Origin: Eledone cirrhosa
Lineage: Eukaryota
DNA length: 64,000 nt
Reading direction: 5' to 3'
NCBI GenBank assembly: GCA_964016885.1
Contig: OZ024742.1
Location: 267,840,001 to 267,904,000 of the forward strand
Part shown: one piece after another, positions 11,701 to 25,367 of the stretch
How the letters are laid out: each line of letters begins with the position of its first letter
How positions within the stretch are numbered: the first letter of the stretch is position 1
Made by a program: the position numbers and the translations under genes
Notes under the pieces: model-generated
Seen by the model: only the letters and a program-made list of their open reading frames with translations
Database searches by the model: none
Told to the model about the DNA's origin: nothing

Positions 11701-14700
11701 AGGCCTGCAAGTTTGCATGTATGAAGTACGTATGTACACAATGACATCGACAGATAGAAAATATCGATTAGAAAAAGCGTACACGAACTACACAAGGGGA
11801 ATATGGATGACCAGCTATGGAAAGTGGAAGACACAAATAAGCTGATACGTTGAAATCTAAAGAGCCCCGATGAATTATCTTATTATTATTTCTCTGGTGA
11901 ACATTATTACTATGAACTTCTAATTGTGTATTTCCTGATTGCTCTCTATTTCTTCCCATCTCATTTATTTGTTATTTCTTCTCTCGTACTCTCCTTCTAC
12001 CTTTCTCTATGTATCTCTTATACTTTCCCTGCCTATAATGGAAATTCGAATGTCCTTATTTCCAATGACTGAATTACAACAGCTCATTAATACTTGTATA
12101 AGGATTATTCAAATGTAGAATCACCCTGCAGGGGATGTTAGGCGAAGGAACAACAACATTAAATACGGTGTTATGGGTGGAAGGAAATGATATATCGAGA
12201 ATCGTTGAAACACTGCGCGATTTGGGCGAGAGAATAGCTGTGTGAAAAGTGTGATCTATGCAAATACTGTTTGTTCGCAACGGACCGGGAATTTAAACAT
12301 TGATGCTGTAATTTTAACAATACAAATTTATATTCACAGCTAGTGATCACTTTGTTGCTATGTCTATTCATTTAAATCTCTGTGGGTTATCTGAACTAAT
12401 TTGCAGCTATGTGTTAATTTCTAATTTGTTATTCACTTCATTTCTAGCAATTATATGTTCATTAAGATATAATCTGCGTGCACTTGCACGCTAAACATCA
12501 GCATTTCTTTGCTATTACTATTATATGCAGTATATTCTAATTTATTCTCATAAGGCTTAGTATAATCAACTCATGTTGTACGAAACCAATCATTTTCCAA
12601 TTCCGTTGTTTGTGATTCTCACCGTGAGCCTGGCTAGTGACGGAGTTGCGACGCAAAACTTACGGCCCGGTCGTGTAACACTGTGAAAGACGGACACCGA
12701 CATTAATCAGTTGAAACAATCCCATCGCTTATGGACGCTTTGGCGTAATCCCAGACATGATGGATCCCTTAACATATTACGTTTTCACTGCAACGTAATA
12801 CCAGGCGTCATGTGGGTTGATATTTATGTATGTGTATGCGTTTGTATGCAGATATAGAGAAATAAGTGAGACAGAGAACAACATTTTTACCGTTTATTCA
12901 TTTTCAGAGACATTGGTTCATATTTCAACCATCAAAAGCGGGATGACTTAATTGTCTTACAAAATATGTTGGTGAGTTGGGAGTATTTCCTCATTTTTGT
13001 TTGTTTTGTGTTCAATTCTAATTGGGGTCAAAATAATTTTGTCCTCCACCAGAGAAAGTAACGAAAATACTAGAGAACTAATAGAGTTGATTTAAGTTAT
13101 TCTTCTAGGGCTCAATATGGATGACATGCTATAATATTAAGATATTGCCAGATGAGGTGATATAAGGAGGATGGTATCGATTTAATGTATTATTGGTATA
13201 CGTGTGTTAGGATAGAAACTGAAATATATTGTAACAACCGTTCCATGTGAAGTCAAATAATACACTGAACAATCTCTAAAATGTTCCGGATATAATATAA
13301 CATTTTATGTCACCCAAAATATCTACTTCCTTATACACCAAATATTATTAGCTTAATAACTACTTAAACACTAACTTATAGAATTGTACATATAACCATT
13401 ATGTTGTATGATACACCACAGTGCAAAAGTGAAAAGATGTTGTCTTACAGTGTTGATGTCCAGGTATATTATTTCTGAATGAGTAGATAAAGAGCAGGTC
13501 ATGCGCCATCAGAAAATATTATACGTTCCGTTAAATGTCTATACTAAACTCAATTCCATCTCACTGTTATTTCTAGCAGGACTGATATAATGGGATTTAA
13601 TATAAAAGAAATCCTTAGTGGCATATATAATTCGGTCTACTAAGACGACCTCTCGTACTTGCCGATTATGACTGACTCTAATTCCTGATTGGTGCACATT
13701 GTATCGCCTTGAGACTGATCTAAAAGGCAGATGCCTATGTCGGCATGAGAAATTTAAATGTAAAGAGAAGTAACCAGATTCCGCAAAGCTTTATCGTATG
13801 GTATCAGCGCAAGACGAGTGAGTATTAAGTTCTTCCTTGAAGTACCTTGGATATAAAATATATATTAATATCACCAAATAATAGAAGGTAGTCTTAACAG
13901 AAATAAAGCCATTAAATGCCCGTTGTGTGGTTCACATTTTTTTGAAGGATTCGAAGCAGAGGAGGAATAGCTTTATAACAGTTTCTGAGCTTCCAAAGTG
14001 GATGAAACAGAGTACTGACGATTCTAATATTGTTATAGTACTGAATGCACAAAACAAAGAAATGTACGAGAGGTTTTCAGAGGCCATGCAATTAATTAAG
14101 CTCATCAATAAAATCAGAGCCTACTGCACAGTTTCCTCATTAAAGCTTATAATAATTGTATCTAACAGAAACACGCAACACGAACATTTGTTGGGAAGTG
14201 TTGGTCTGTTAAATCTAGATCAGTACATGACTCGAAGTATATTTTAACGACACTCAAAGAATGGAATGCAAAGATAAACCCGATGACATTTGGACTCAGA
14301 ACATTTTAATGACATTGCCTACCCACTATTCCAAACAGTAATTAATAATGCAATGTTGAAACATAGATAGTAACAAGATATCGGTATATATCGATATACT
14401 ATATACATTTGTATACACCATGCGAAAAGAGAAAGAAACTTGTAAATATTATAACGTTTCGTATTAAAGTGGTTTAAACTAAGTCCTTTTGCAATTTTGT
14501 CACTTAGATTTCTAATGGGATGTTGCTTATCCCTTTCGTAGACTGCCACGTACTCGATATGAATTAGAAACACCAGAAAATATATAGACAACACATTGAA
14601 TAGCAATACATATATAAAAACCTTGTGAATGGGCCTTATAATGTATAGAAGGAGTGATTCGTTTGCAGGATAAATGGAATTTTATGTTAAATATTTTGAT

Positions 14701-15450
14701 TGCCTAAGTATATTCTATATATGAAAAGGTGTGCAATAAAAGTGAGTTATGGCAATACATATATAATTTATTCGATACGCTTTCATACATATTTCATCTC
14801 AATTTGAGTCATAATGTATGCGGTTGCAGTAGGAAATACATGCTTCGTAAGATGCTGTGATAAGGTAAACTCGTACATCACTCCATAATGTACTCATATG
14901 CACCAGAAAATATAACGTGGAATGAACATCGTAAAGAAGGAATGCACTGCAGACTAGAAGTTGAAAGCTGGAGTTATGTTTAAATAAAAAATTTTCGAAG
15001 TTAATATATTTGCTGGAATGAGTATACATGGGTGTTAGGCTTTTGTTAAATGCAGCAGCACGCGAAAAACCATGCATGACTGCTCACCAAAAATGAAATA
15101 TTTACACAAATAAAAATTTGTGTTTCTAACCGACGAGCCACAACCCAAAAGATATCGATAATATTGAACACCATGGAAGTCGAAAAATGTATTAAGGATA
15201 ATTGAACTCCTCACACCGTATGGTTGCCGAATTTTACGATTGTGAGCTGGAATGGAGTGTTATCAATATATTAAATATAGAGTTATGAGAGAAAGAACGA
15301 CATGGTTAAAAAAAGGTGTAAAATGAAACAAACACGAAAAGAATGGGGAAATTTACTTTGTTGCTGAGAAACCGAAACAAGGCAGAACTTCATAGTATAA
15401 AGAGGAAATAAAAACCAGAATTTTCTATTTTACACAAAGGATAACCTTAC

Positions 15451-15486
15451 CTATCTCCTCAAATAAAGAAGGCATTGCGTTATAAA
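15451..15486 (-). CDS. Candidate 36-nt phase 1-1 host exon (YNAMPSLFEEI)
   Basis: Minus-strand acceptor ttttttctaatttttcgctttag, donor AG|gtaagg, open frame; no homology recognised. Confidence 0.2.
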   Translation of the reverse strand, partial: FITQCLLYLRR

Positions 15487-16949
15487 CTAAAGCGAAAAAT
15501 TAGAAAAAATAGTACTCTATTTCACATCAAGAGCTTTATGAAGAAAAAAGCAAAAGAAGAGATTGTATTATAATTTCGCTATCGGCAAACGGTTCGTAGT
15601 GACCGTCAGCCAAAATACATTCATTGTCAAAGGAGATTTCAGATGTTTAGAGAGGGTTACTTTTGAAATGTGGTTTATGCCAAGATTTTCCATAATTAGC
15701 TCTTTCAAAATAACCTTAGTTAATTGAGTCGCTGGAAAATCGCTTCTTCTGACATCCGATATACTATATCGGTTATAGGATATGATTCACCCATTTTATC
15801 ACGAGTGCACATAAAATGTTTGCAGCATGTCGCTGTCTTTTTGGTATTGTACTCGTATTAATGAGTCCGTTGTATCTTTCTTTAATTAATTTTTTATTCT
15901 CTTGTCAATATATTCTACTCATCGAAGCTATACTCATACTTAAACATTCTCTACATAATTCTGATAGTTCATCTCAGTGACGTACATTTTACAATTTTGC
16001 AATGATCTTCTTGTAAACGTCAAACTTCATTTTGTCTGCATAGTCACCACAATACAACAACTTCTCTTTCGATCTTTTTCATTTTCTTCAAACAACCAAA
16101 CAGTAGACATTAAAAAAAAGAAAGAAAGTTGAAGTATCCGCATAAAAAAGCGATAGAAGGGAAGGGATGAGAAGGAAAAATAAGGGAAAAAAGAAAACAA
16201 AAAACTACCACTACCAACAACAATCTCCACCCACGTGCACCAAGAGGATAAAAAAAAGTAGGAAGAAAGCTACCAATTTTGACCACGATATATTAAAGGC
16301 ATTGAAAAACTGTTCAGAACTTACAATCTTCTCTCATTTGCAAGTTCTTGCGATATTTTATGGTCCCCTTTTATTTTTTTTATATTTATGGATATATTTT
16401 TCTTTAATTGTGTTTCTATTTATTTATCAATTTTGCACACTTCAATTTTTTTCTCTCTTTCTCTGTCCCGATTCTTTCCATTCATTGCATTACAATTGAA
16501 TCTACCCAACTATCTATTTATCTCCTTACCCACATCACATTCTAATTATTTCTCCCTCTCTCTAATTATGTCATTCCTATACTCTCCTCACTTGTAATTT
16601 ACTACCTTTCTCTCTTATACCTAACTTTCCTCATCCTCCTCCTTTCTTTCCTTTATTTTTACAGTACCTTAACACTTTTTCTCATAGCATAATTTGCTTC
16701 TTTTACATCTACGGTATTTTCTACCATATCTTCCCACCATACCGCTTTTTCTTTCTGTCCTGTCTCTCACTCTCCTACCAAACCACACACACAATCTCCC
16801 TTATCTTCTATTTATGTATTTCCGTACATTTCAAATTTCTTTCTTCTCAGTTCCGTCTCTCTCCCTTCATTGTAGCCCCCCATCCCATATATATATATAT
16901 CACATAAGAAACGGAGAATCAGTGGTGCGACGTATTAGAATTTATTAGA

Positions 16950-17040
16950 CATATTACAGTCGTTTCTCTGGCGACCAGCTCGTGGTACGATCGATGTGAG
17001 GCTCGAACCTGACTCTGTAATCGCAAGTTCTTCAGCTACG
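16950..17040 (-). ncRNA. Hammerhead-like motif with long stem II
   Basis: Minus strand: cgtag-CTGAAGA-acttgcgatt...ggtcgccaga-GAAA-c gact g-TA-atatg, followed by AATAAA. Confidence 0.35.
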
Positions 17041-18093
17041 TCTTTATTCCTCGAAGCAGAATTTCCAAATGTCCTGTTTATCTCTCCTGCCTTCGTTCGC
17101 CAGCATCTATCCTGTTCTTGTCGGTCGATGAGTGGTCAAGAATTGTACACGTCATCGGTATTTCTGACCATTCATGGCCGTCCATTTTTCTCATTCCATT
17201 CTTATGTCACCTGTCAGTCAAAATTGGACCTTTTAGCGAAATTACTGCTGTAGGAGGTAAGGGTTGTATGAGTGAAATGCCTGCGTGCTGCCACAGCCGT
17301 CTCGGCCAGCGCGCCCACACACACTTATTCCTGGTGCGTTCAAGCGCAATGCACACACAATCACACACACACATGTCTTAAGACTGACATACAAATCGAA
17401 ACAAACCGAAACAAATTGTTGTTTTGGATATTACATCTCATACATCACATAGTCACACAGATACAACAAGAAGACGAAAACAGACACCGGTATCGAAAGA
17501 CCATATCTCTATCTCCCAAACATCAACAGCACTATGACTAAGGATGCACGAGAATTGGAGACTGAGAATCACAACTTCACCTGTCTTTTCAAAATTGAGT
17601 GTTTCAATGGAGATAATGTAACAAAAGATTAATATCGCTCTTTTCTAGTTTACTTGAAACATGTGAATACATCAGTAGATAGTTGTTTTCTTGAGAGAAA
17701 TGGATAAGATGGACTTTACAGTATTAACAACGTAACAATTATACTGTCCCAGCATTAACACTAATTCCTAAAATAGAGGTATGTAATTAATTTTGTTCTT
17801 GTCTAAGGATATACTTCTGTTTGTTTCGCAACTAGAATATTATTGCAAATTCATTTGCAAATGTGATTGCATATATATCATAATTCACACCTGAATAATG
17901 TTGTCTTCTACTGAGTTTCGAAACCTGTTTGTAAAATTGCAACACCAGATCAACTTATATAAAGCCACTAGTGACAAACTACATTTAGAAACACACGTAT
18001 AAGAATATATGGATGCATATCAAAATAGAACTAGTGAGGGTGAACGATTTTGACAGCTTCTTACAAATAGAGAGAAATCAGAAAAGCACTTAC

Positions 18094-18225
18094 GTAGAAG
18101 TGCAGATATACTACTTTCATTCTTAGGAAGCAGAATACTTCCCCGAAGAAAATTACAATTAGTTAACTTTACAGAATTATCTTCTCTGAATGTTTCGTCG
18201 CTGCACTGGGCATTGAGATGGAAAA
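18094..18225 (-). CDS. Candidate 132-nt phase 1-1 host exon (FHLNAQCSDETFREDNSVKLTNCNFLRGSILLPKNESSISALL)
   Basis: Strong acceptor tcttctttcttttctctgacag, consensus donor |gtaagt, open frame, length divisible by 3; identity unknown. Confidence 0.3.
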
Positions 18226-19060
18226 CTGTCAGAGAAAAGAAAGAAGATGCGAAATATCGAACACACAGAGAAAGATAGATAGATAAATAGATAGATAGAG
18301 AGAGAGGGAGAAATAGAGGAGAAATGAGACAAAGGAAAGGAGAGAGTGGGAGAAAAACGAAAAGCGAAAGGACAGGAGAGTCAATACATATAACGAAATA
18401 AATTCATATATAAGGGGTGTGAAATCAGATTGATGTTATTCTCAACTAATTTACATATACAATTCTATCTGTAGTAATATCTAGAAATGTCAATCACGGA
18501 CGCATATATCCATTAAGAGAGTTTGATAAGTATTCCTGTACAAAGATTTCGAAATGGAAATAAGAGCGCCATGGGAGTTTTAGGTGGACGTTGCCGTTAC
18601 TTGACCACAACAAATCATTGCAAAACATTACATATTCAGAATTCTCTATATAGAAATGACGAACATGTTACAGTTAATAAATATATGTTTACCAATTGCT
18701 TTCAAAAATGAATTCTGACATTGGCAACGGAAGAGGGATAATCGAATTAATCGGGTTGATTGGTAATTATGTTTAAAATGTTATCGTCTAACTAATTTTT
18801 ACAGTTGCATCAATGCAGCCATCTCCATATTAAGGTGGAAATAGTAAGACGTTATTAATGTTAAGCCTGGGAGTGAAGTGCTGTTCACGGAGGCATTATT
18901 AGGATCTCTGAAACCGGTGGGGTAGTGGGAAGGAAAGTATTCTCGAGTCTGAGACATGGTCCGGATGCTTATAGCATAGGTAACTCCACCTCAGTGGGTT
19001 TCGTATATTGTTTGAATGTCTACCGGCAAATGATGATACTACAATTGCTATTGTTATACA

Positions 19061-19157
<97 letters not shown>

Positions 19158-19958
19158 TTAGTGAAGCAAAACAAGACCACACATTTCACAAGGAAGACGC
19201 TATTTAAAGAGTGTCAATATAGTTGCAGTTTAATGTAAGGAATAAAGAGTGTAATTATAGTTTAATGTAAGGCATAATAATAATAATAATAATAATAATA
19301 ATGTCCGTTTACAATTGTTTCGCTACTCCATATAACGTTTCTGAATCAAATGATTATAGATCATTATTGATCTGGTTCAGCTGAAGATAAGTAATTTAGG
19401 TAAAAATTATGGAGCGGCTCTTCAGAACTTCAAAAGAGATAATGAAAATATTGATAAAGATACGATGGAATAAGGAATATAAAGTAAGGTAAAGAAAGAT
19501 GGTTACATGAATGTAATGTTCTATATATTGGTATTTCACGACGGTGTCCAGGATCTATCAATTGTCTGCTATAGACAAGCATTATTCTTCTGTCGAGACT
19601 GTATTAAACAAGATCTGCCTATGCGTAACACAATGGCCACCTAAGGACAGTTACCTTACTAATTAGAGACGGGTTTCATGGGAAGTAACTCCTTGAGAAT
19701 TTAGAAATTGTTGGTGATTTATAGCTAAGAAGTGCTAATGAGCTTAAGTGAGAGACAGTGTTGGGGAGGAAACTTATAATTATCCAAGTCTTGGTTTAAC
19801 ATGTTAGCTATAAGTAAAAGTGAGATTAGATGACTATGTTGGGTCGAATATTGTTTTGGCGAAGGAATTTGCCCATCGATGTTGACAGCTAATAGTTATC
19901 TCGTTTCTATCGTTAATCGGTTGAGGTCGTGATAGAGTTATGTAATAGGCCTCGGTAA

Positions 19959-20054
19959 GACAGAGATCACAAGAGTTTCTTCGTCCATTGAACGCTTGGG
20001 ATCTAGCCAAGTTATCCCATGTTAATCGACGAAGAAACTCTTGTGATCTCTGTC
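19959..20054. repeat. Inverted repeat, 27-bp perfect arms, 42-nt spacer
   Basis: gacagagatcacaagagtttcttcgtc ... gacgaagaaactcttgtgatctctgtc. Confidence 0.92.
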
Positions 20055-20059
20055 ATAGA

Positions 20060-21240
20060 TGTGAAGGGAAAAGTGGAGTGTGCATATTTTGTCGGTCTGT
20101 ATTAGTTGTAAGAGAGTATGTTTCTAACCATAAGAATGCCATAGGAATCTAGGAGCGCGTGTATGATAATGGACCGTGTATTAAAAAATCGGGGAACTGA
20201 GTTGAGTCTATGAAGGAAATAGGAACCAAGGCGTTCAATCAGACCATTTTTAGTCCTGGTGCACGAGGTCTAGGGTCCGTGATGTAAAAGGACACACAGG
20301 ACTGAGACATGTAGGGAAGATTGACCAGGAGAACAGAAATGACGGGTAACAGGAGTATCCAAACCGAGTCATATGTCCCCCCAAATGCTCAGTAAAACGG
20401 TCCGCCAACGGTGCCCTGTTTGTCTGATGTATAAAGAACTGCAAAAGAAACAAGGTGGGTGAATGTGCAGATGAAGGAGTGGAAGATAAGGAATGGCCCG
20501 TTAGGGCCTGTGAGAGTGGTGAGGGTGGAAATGGAGGGAGAAATGTTTCAGCGAGGACGAGAACAAGGATGAGAGCCGAGTGGAGTCGTGTGAGAGGTCA
20601 CGGAGGTTACGTGCGCGCTTAAATGCGGTAATAGGTGGGTTTGGAAAAAAGCGAGAAGTGACAGGTTCAGAGGAGAGTGTGCAGATGGAACGGATGATAT
20701 GTCACCAGAGTGGTAGGGTGACGGGTGGTGAGAGGGAAAGGAAGACTGGTGTTGGGAGGTCGCTGGTGAGGTGAGAGGGCTGTGGTATGGTCGGTTTCAT
20801 GCAGGTGAGAGCAGCTTGGATCAGGGTGGGGGGATATCCACACTGGATGACCCGGGAAGCCATGTGAAGGGAATGGGCTTCGGCTACAGAGCCGACGAAG
20901 ACGGAGGAATTGGGAATAGGGTATAGAGTATTTGGTGTGGGTTGCATCGGAGGAGGTGAGGTCGAGGTATGAGTGGGACTCAGCTGCATTATAGAAGATG
21001 GAAGTAGAGAGGGTGTGGTGAGAGTGATTGATAGATAGAGAGATATCTAGAAAAGGGACAGAAGATTCGGAGACGGGGTGGTGAAGGTGAGAGCAGGATG
21101 GAAAGATTTGACAAAAGATAGAAAGCCGTCGAGCAGTTCTCCTAATAGAGAGGTGGCGCCGATACAGTCGTCGATATAACGACCGTATAGCTAATGAGCT
21201 GGTCCAGTATTCTGGGAGAAGATATGGGCTTTGACTACCA
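20060..21240 (-). mobile_element. Penelope-like element relic (Neptune-like): RT C-terminus and GIY-YIG remnant
   Basis: VPFLDISLS...SHSYLD..S....TKYSIPYSQFLRLRRLCS; PLADRFTEHL; homologous to 51830-52505. Confidence 0.85.
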
Positions 21241-21375
21241 AGAAATAGCCAGCCTTTGGATTGCCGGTGTTTGTACTGCCTTCCAATTTTATAAATTTTA
21301 TATATATATATATATATATACTGGATTACCAAGGAGTTACCAGCCTTTATATTGATGGAGTTTGTACGTCCTTTG

Positions 21376-21437
<62 letters not shown>

Positions 21438-21522
21438 TACTAAAACTCTGATCTTGATTGCTTGCTTGCTTGCTTGCTTGCACACACTTTCTATATATAT
21501 ATATGTTCATATTTGTGTATAT

Positions 21523-22535
21523 ACCGGTTGTCCCCCCAAAAGTGTATATCCACTTTGATTGCCCCTACATGCATTATTTGTTAGGATGGTGTATACATTT
21601 TTAGGGACCCCGGTATTATTATATATATATAATGTCCCCGAAAAATGTATACACACTTTGATTACCTGTACAGGCAATATATATATTAGAATGGTGTATA
21701 CATTTTTAGGGACCCCGGTATATATATATATATGGTGTCCCCGAAAAATGTATACACACTTTGATTACCTGTACAGGCAATATATATATATTAGAATGGT
21801 GTATACATTTTTAGGGACCCCGGTATATATATATGGTGTCCCCGAAAAATGTATACACACTTTGATTACCTGTACAGGCAATATATATATTAGAATGGTG
21901 TATACATTTTTAGGGACCCCGGTATATATATATGGTGTCCCCGAAAAATGTATACACACTTTGATTACCTGTACAGGCAATATATATATTAGAATGGTGT
22001 ATACATTTTTAGGGACCCCGGTATATATATATATATGGTGTCCCCGAAAAATGTATACACACTTTGATTACCTGTACAGGCAATATATATATTAGAATGA
22101 TGTATACATTTTTAGGGACCCCGGTATATATATATATGGTATCCCCGAAAAATGTATACACACTTTGATTACCTGTACAGGCAATATATATATTAGAATG
22201 GTGTATACATTTTTAGGGACCCCGGTATTATTATATATATATAGTGTCTCCGAAAAATGTATACACACTTTGATTACCTGTACAGGCAATATATATATTA
22301 GAATGGTGTATACATTTTTAGGGACCCCTGTATATATATATGGTGTCCCCGAAAAATGTATACACACTTTGATTACCTGTACAGGCAATATATATATTAG
22401 AATGATGTATACATTTTTAGGGACTCCGGTATATATATATATATATATATGGTGTCCCCGAAAAATGTATACACACTTTGATTACCTGTACAGGCAATAT
22501 ATATATTAGAATGGTGTATACTTTTTAGGGACCCC

Positions 22536-22574
<39 letters not shown>

Positions 22575-22811
22575 TGTCCCCGAAAAATGTATACACACTT
22601 TGATTACCTGTACAGGCAATATATATATTAGAATGGTGTATACATTTTTAGAGACCCCGGTATATATATATGGTGTCCCCGAAAAATGTATACACACTTT
22701 GATTACTTGTTCAGGCAATATATATATTAGAATGGTGTATACATTTTTAGGGACACCGGTATATATATATATGGTGTCCCGGAAAAATGTATACACACTT
22801 TGATTACCTGT
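21523..22811. repeat. Tandem array of 12 full plus 1 partial ~90-bp Tc1/mariner-type mini-MITE units separated by variable (TA)n
   Basis: Unit ggtgtccccgaaaaatgtatacac-actttgattacctgtacaggcaatatatatattagaatg-gtgtatacatttttagggaccccgg; the unit ends are inverted complements. Confidence 0.85.
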
Positions 22812-22853
22812 ACTAGACTACTGGTGACCCAACGGGTCACGAGTAGTCTAGTA
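22811..22853. other. 43-nt hairpin (20-bp stem, 1 mismatch) resembling a Helitron 3' terminus
   Basis: tactagactactggtgaccc-aac-gggtcacgagtagtctagta; related inverse sequence at 55327-55354. Confidence 0.75.
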
Positions 22854-22919
22854 TATATATAAATGTTTATATATAAATATTATAATGGATTATCAGCCAA
22901 ACTGAAAAAAATTAAGACA

Positions 22920-22967
<48 letters not shown>

Positions 22968-23734
22968 AGTTTGTGTGTGTGTGTATGTTTGTGCCTGCTC
23001 GTATGTGTTTGTTTGTTTATGTGTATGAGTGTACGTGTGCGTATGTGAGTGTATTTTCTTAGTTTATTGGTAGTGCTATGCAATACAGCATATAGTAAGT
23101 TTTGGCCCAGAGTAATTATTGGATAGGTTCTGTGCCAAGTAATATAATGGATATTCACTTGAGATATTTGAAACTATATATATATATCTTCGAGACCAAA
23201 GTATTACTAACATGCCACAATTTCCATATTAATGATGGGAACATTTTTTCTTTTGTAATTGTTTCATTTAGTTTGGCATCGGATGGCTAAAAGAGGACAA
23301 TTCTAGATTTTCTGATGTAAATTATTCATATAATTACAGCAATATTATTTTGCCTTAATTTCATACTTTTTAGCTTGGATGTGTGGTTAAGAGTATGACC
23401 TCTCAACTATGTGGTTTCGAGATCAATGCTACTGTACGTCGATACCTTCAACCATAAACATATTCTACCAAATATTTGGGAATATGTGTGTGGGCACGTG
23501 GTAATACTCACCACCAAGATGGCTCACTCATGCCACCCCTTCAGCAGCAACATCCTCATTCTACTGCCATACTGCCACTAAAAACGTCAACACCAGTAAA
23601 CATCATCAACCTTCATGGCTGTTATACAACTCTCGGCATTACAACAACCGATAACGTTATCATGAAAATCATAATCTTTATAAAGGTACAAACTTAATGA
23701 GTCAACAGATATATAACCAAAGTTAAACTAACGG

Positions 23735-23830
23735 TGTCATGTCTGAGAGACATGCACCATATCCACTGTAGAATATGCTCAAAGATTCCAATGAATAGAT
23801 CCGAGCATTTATATAAACTAAAATTCGATT

Positions 23831-23875
<45 letters not shown>

Positions 23876-23970
23876 AACATATGAAACAATCACAGGGAAT
23901 AATTTGTAAAGTGTGTAAGCACACACAGCTAGGTAGGTAACTAATTAAAGTTTAACTAGAACTTCAAATA
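23735..23970. repeat. Dispersed repeat, circularly permuted relative to 56918-57478
   Basis: Blocks gtcatgtc..gagacatgc.ccatatccactgtagaata and catatgaaacaatcacaggg...aactaattaaagt occur in swapped order at the two loci. Confidence 0.8.
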
Positions 23971-24026
23971 TATAGATAGCTTTTAAAATAATAGATATGT
24001 TAACCATAACAATAATGAACTTTAAC

Positions 24027-24034
24027 TCTGCTGC

Positions 24035-24065
<31 letters not shown>

Positions 24066-24075
24066 ACTGCTGCTG

Positions 24076-24115
<40 letters not shown>

Positions 24116-24140
24116 AACTACTACTACTACTACTACTACT
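24027..24140. repeat. (CTG)n(CTA)n microsatellite
   Basis: Direct reading. Confidence 0.9.
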
Positions 24141-25176
24141 ACCACAATTCCACAAAACATACCTTTACTACCGTTACCGCTGCAACATCTTTTTATAATG
24201 CTAACACCACCATACACACCACCCTGAACCACATAAAAATCTACCGTCATGACCATCAAACTCCCTTTGAAATCATCATCAACATCATCACGACCCAGTC
24301 AAACGCCATATTTATTGGTACAATTTTAGAAATGATTCAACATATTTAATTTCAATAACAATAAATAAACTCTCTCCTTCTTTGCACGCGTACCCTGGCA
24401 GGGTTGTGGTAAGAGAGTCCTCTAGCATGGGCCTGTCAAATGCAACCGTCTCCCATTGATCCATCTGGATTCCATTGTGAAACTCATCATCATAATTCCT
24501 GCCACATGACAAATAATATAAATGAATCATATAAAAACCTCACCATTCTCAATCATAATAAAAACTTACCGACTAACACAAACATTACCATGATCACCAA
24601 TATCACACATACATCATCAAAATACTACTAGCACCACAAACAACAACAACAAAATCACCACCTCCCTGGTGCCACAATCACTGCAATCGCCATCACCACA
24701 ACCACCAGCGACATCAGTAATAACAGCAGCAGCAGGAACATCAGTACCAACATCATTACTACCAACCTTTGAAGTAGTAATCGAATGTAATTCTCAGCTA
24801 AAATCAGGTTGAATGTAGAGGTATTTTTAAACTCCGAAAAGGAAGGCCAGCTTTTGCAATACAGTACTTGTATTCACCATGATAGATCATTAGTGAGTAA
24901 GAATTCTAGTATTTCTAATGAATTTGAGGGTTCTAGTTGGGTGTTACTAATGCAATTATTCTATTTCATTTTTGTTGTTGATTGTTCTGTTGAAATGGAC
25001 AAGTATTTGACAGGACACGTTGGGTGATATTTATCGATGCCTTTGTCTCGGACCAGAAGCTGCGTATTGAATTTAATAATCGAACCTTGCCCTATTGCGT
25101 GACATTAATTCGGTCTGAGGATTGCATTATTTAAACATGTGTCAGTGGAGTAATCAGTCGTTTACATGTTAATAAT

Positions 25177-25367
25177 TGTTTCTACTTTTGGCACAAGGCC
25201 AGCAATTATCCCATTGTATTATTATACTGGTTCTTTATTTCATCCACCTCGTAAGAATGAAAGGCAAACTTAACCTCGGCGGGATTTGAACTCAGATCAT
25301 AAAGGAGCGTAACTATGCTGCAAAGCATGGCGTCCGGCCCTCTACGTATACTGCCAATCCACCACCC
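25177..25367 (-). mobile_element. tRNA-derived SINE (cephalopod-type) with target-site duplication
   Basis: A-box-like tggcagta, B-box gagttcaaatcc, tail gctggccttgtgccaaaagtagaaac; tacatgttaataat on both flanks. Confidence 0.85.

Noticed and set aside
13927-14247. 106-aa ORF in unique sequence
   Set aside because: Non-ATG start, no motif, no convincing splice boundaries
17649-17778. Plus-strand exon-like segment with good splice signals
   Set aside because: All three frames contain stops
21523-22811. CRISPR-like look of regularly spaced palindromic repeats
   Set aside because: Spacers are only variable (TA)n, units are ~90 bp, there are no cas genes, and the context is eukaryotic
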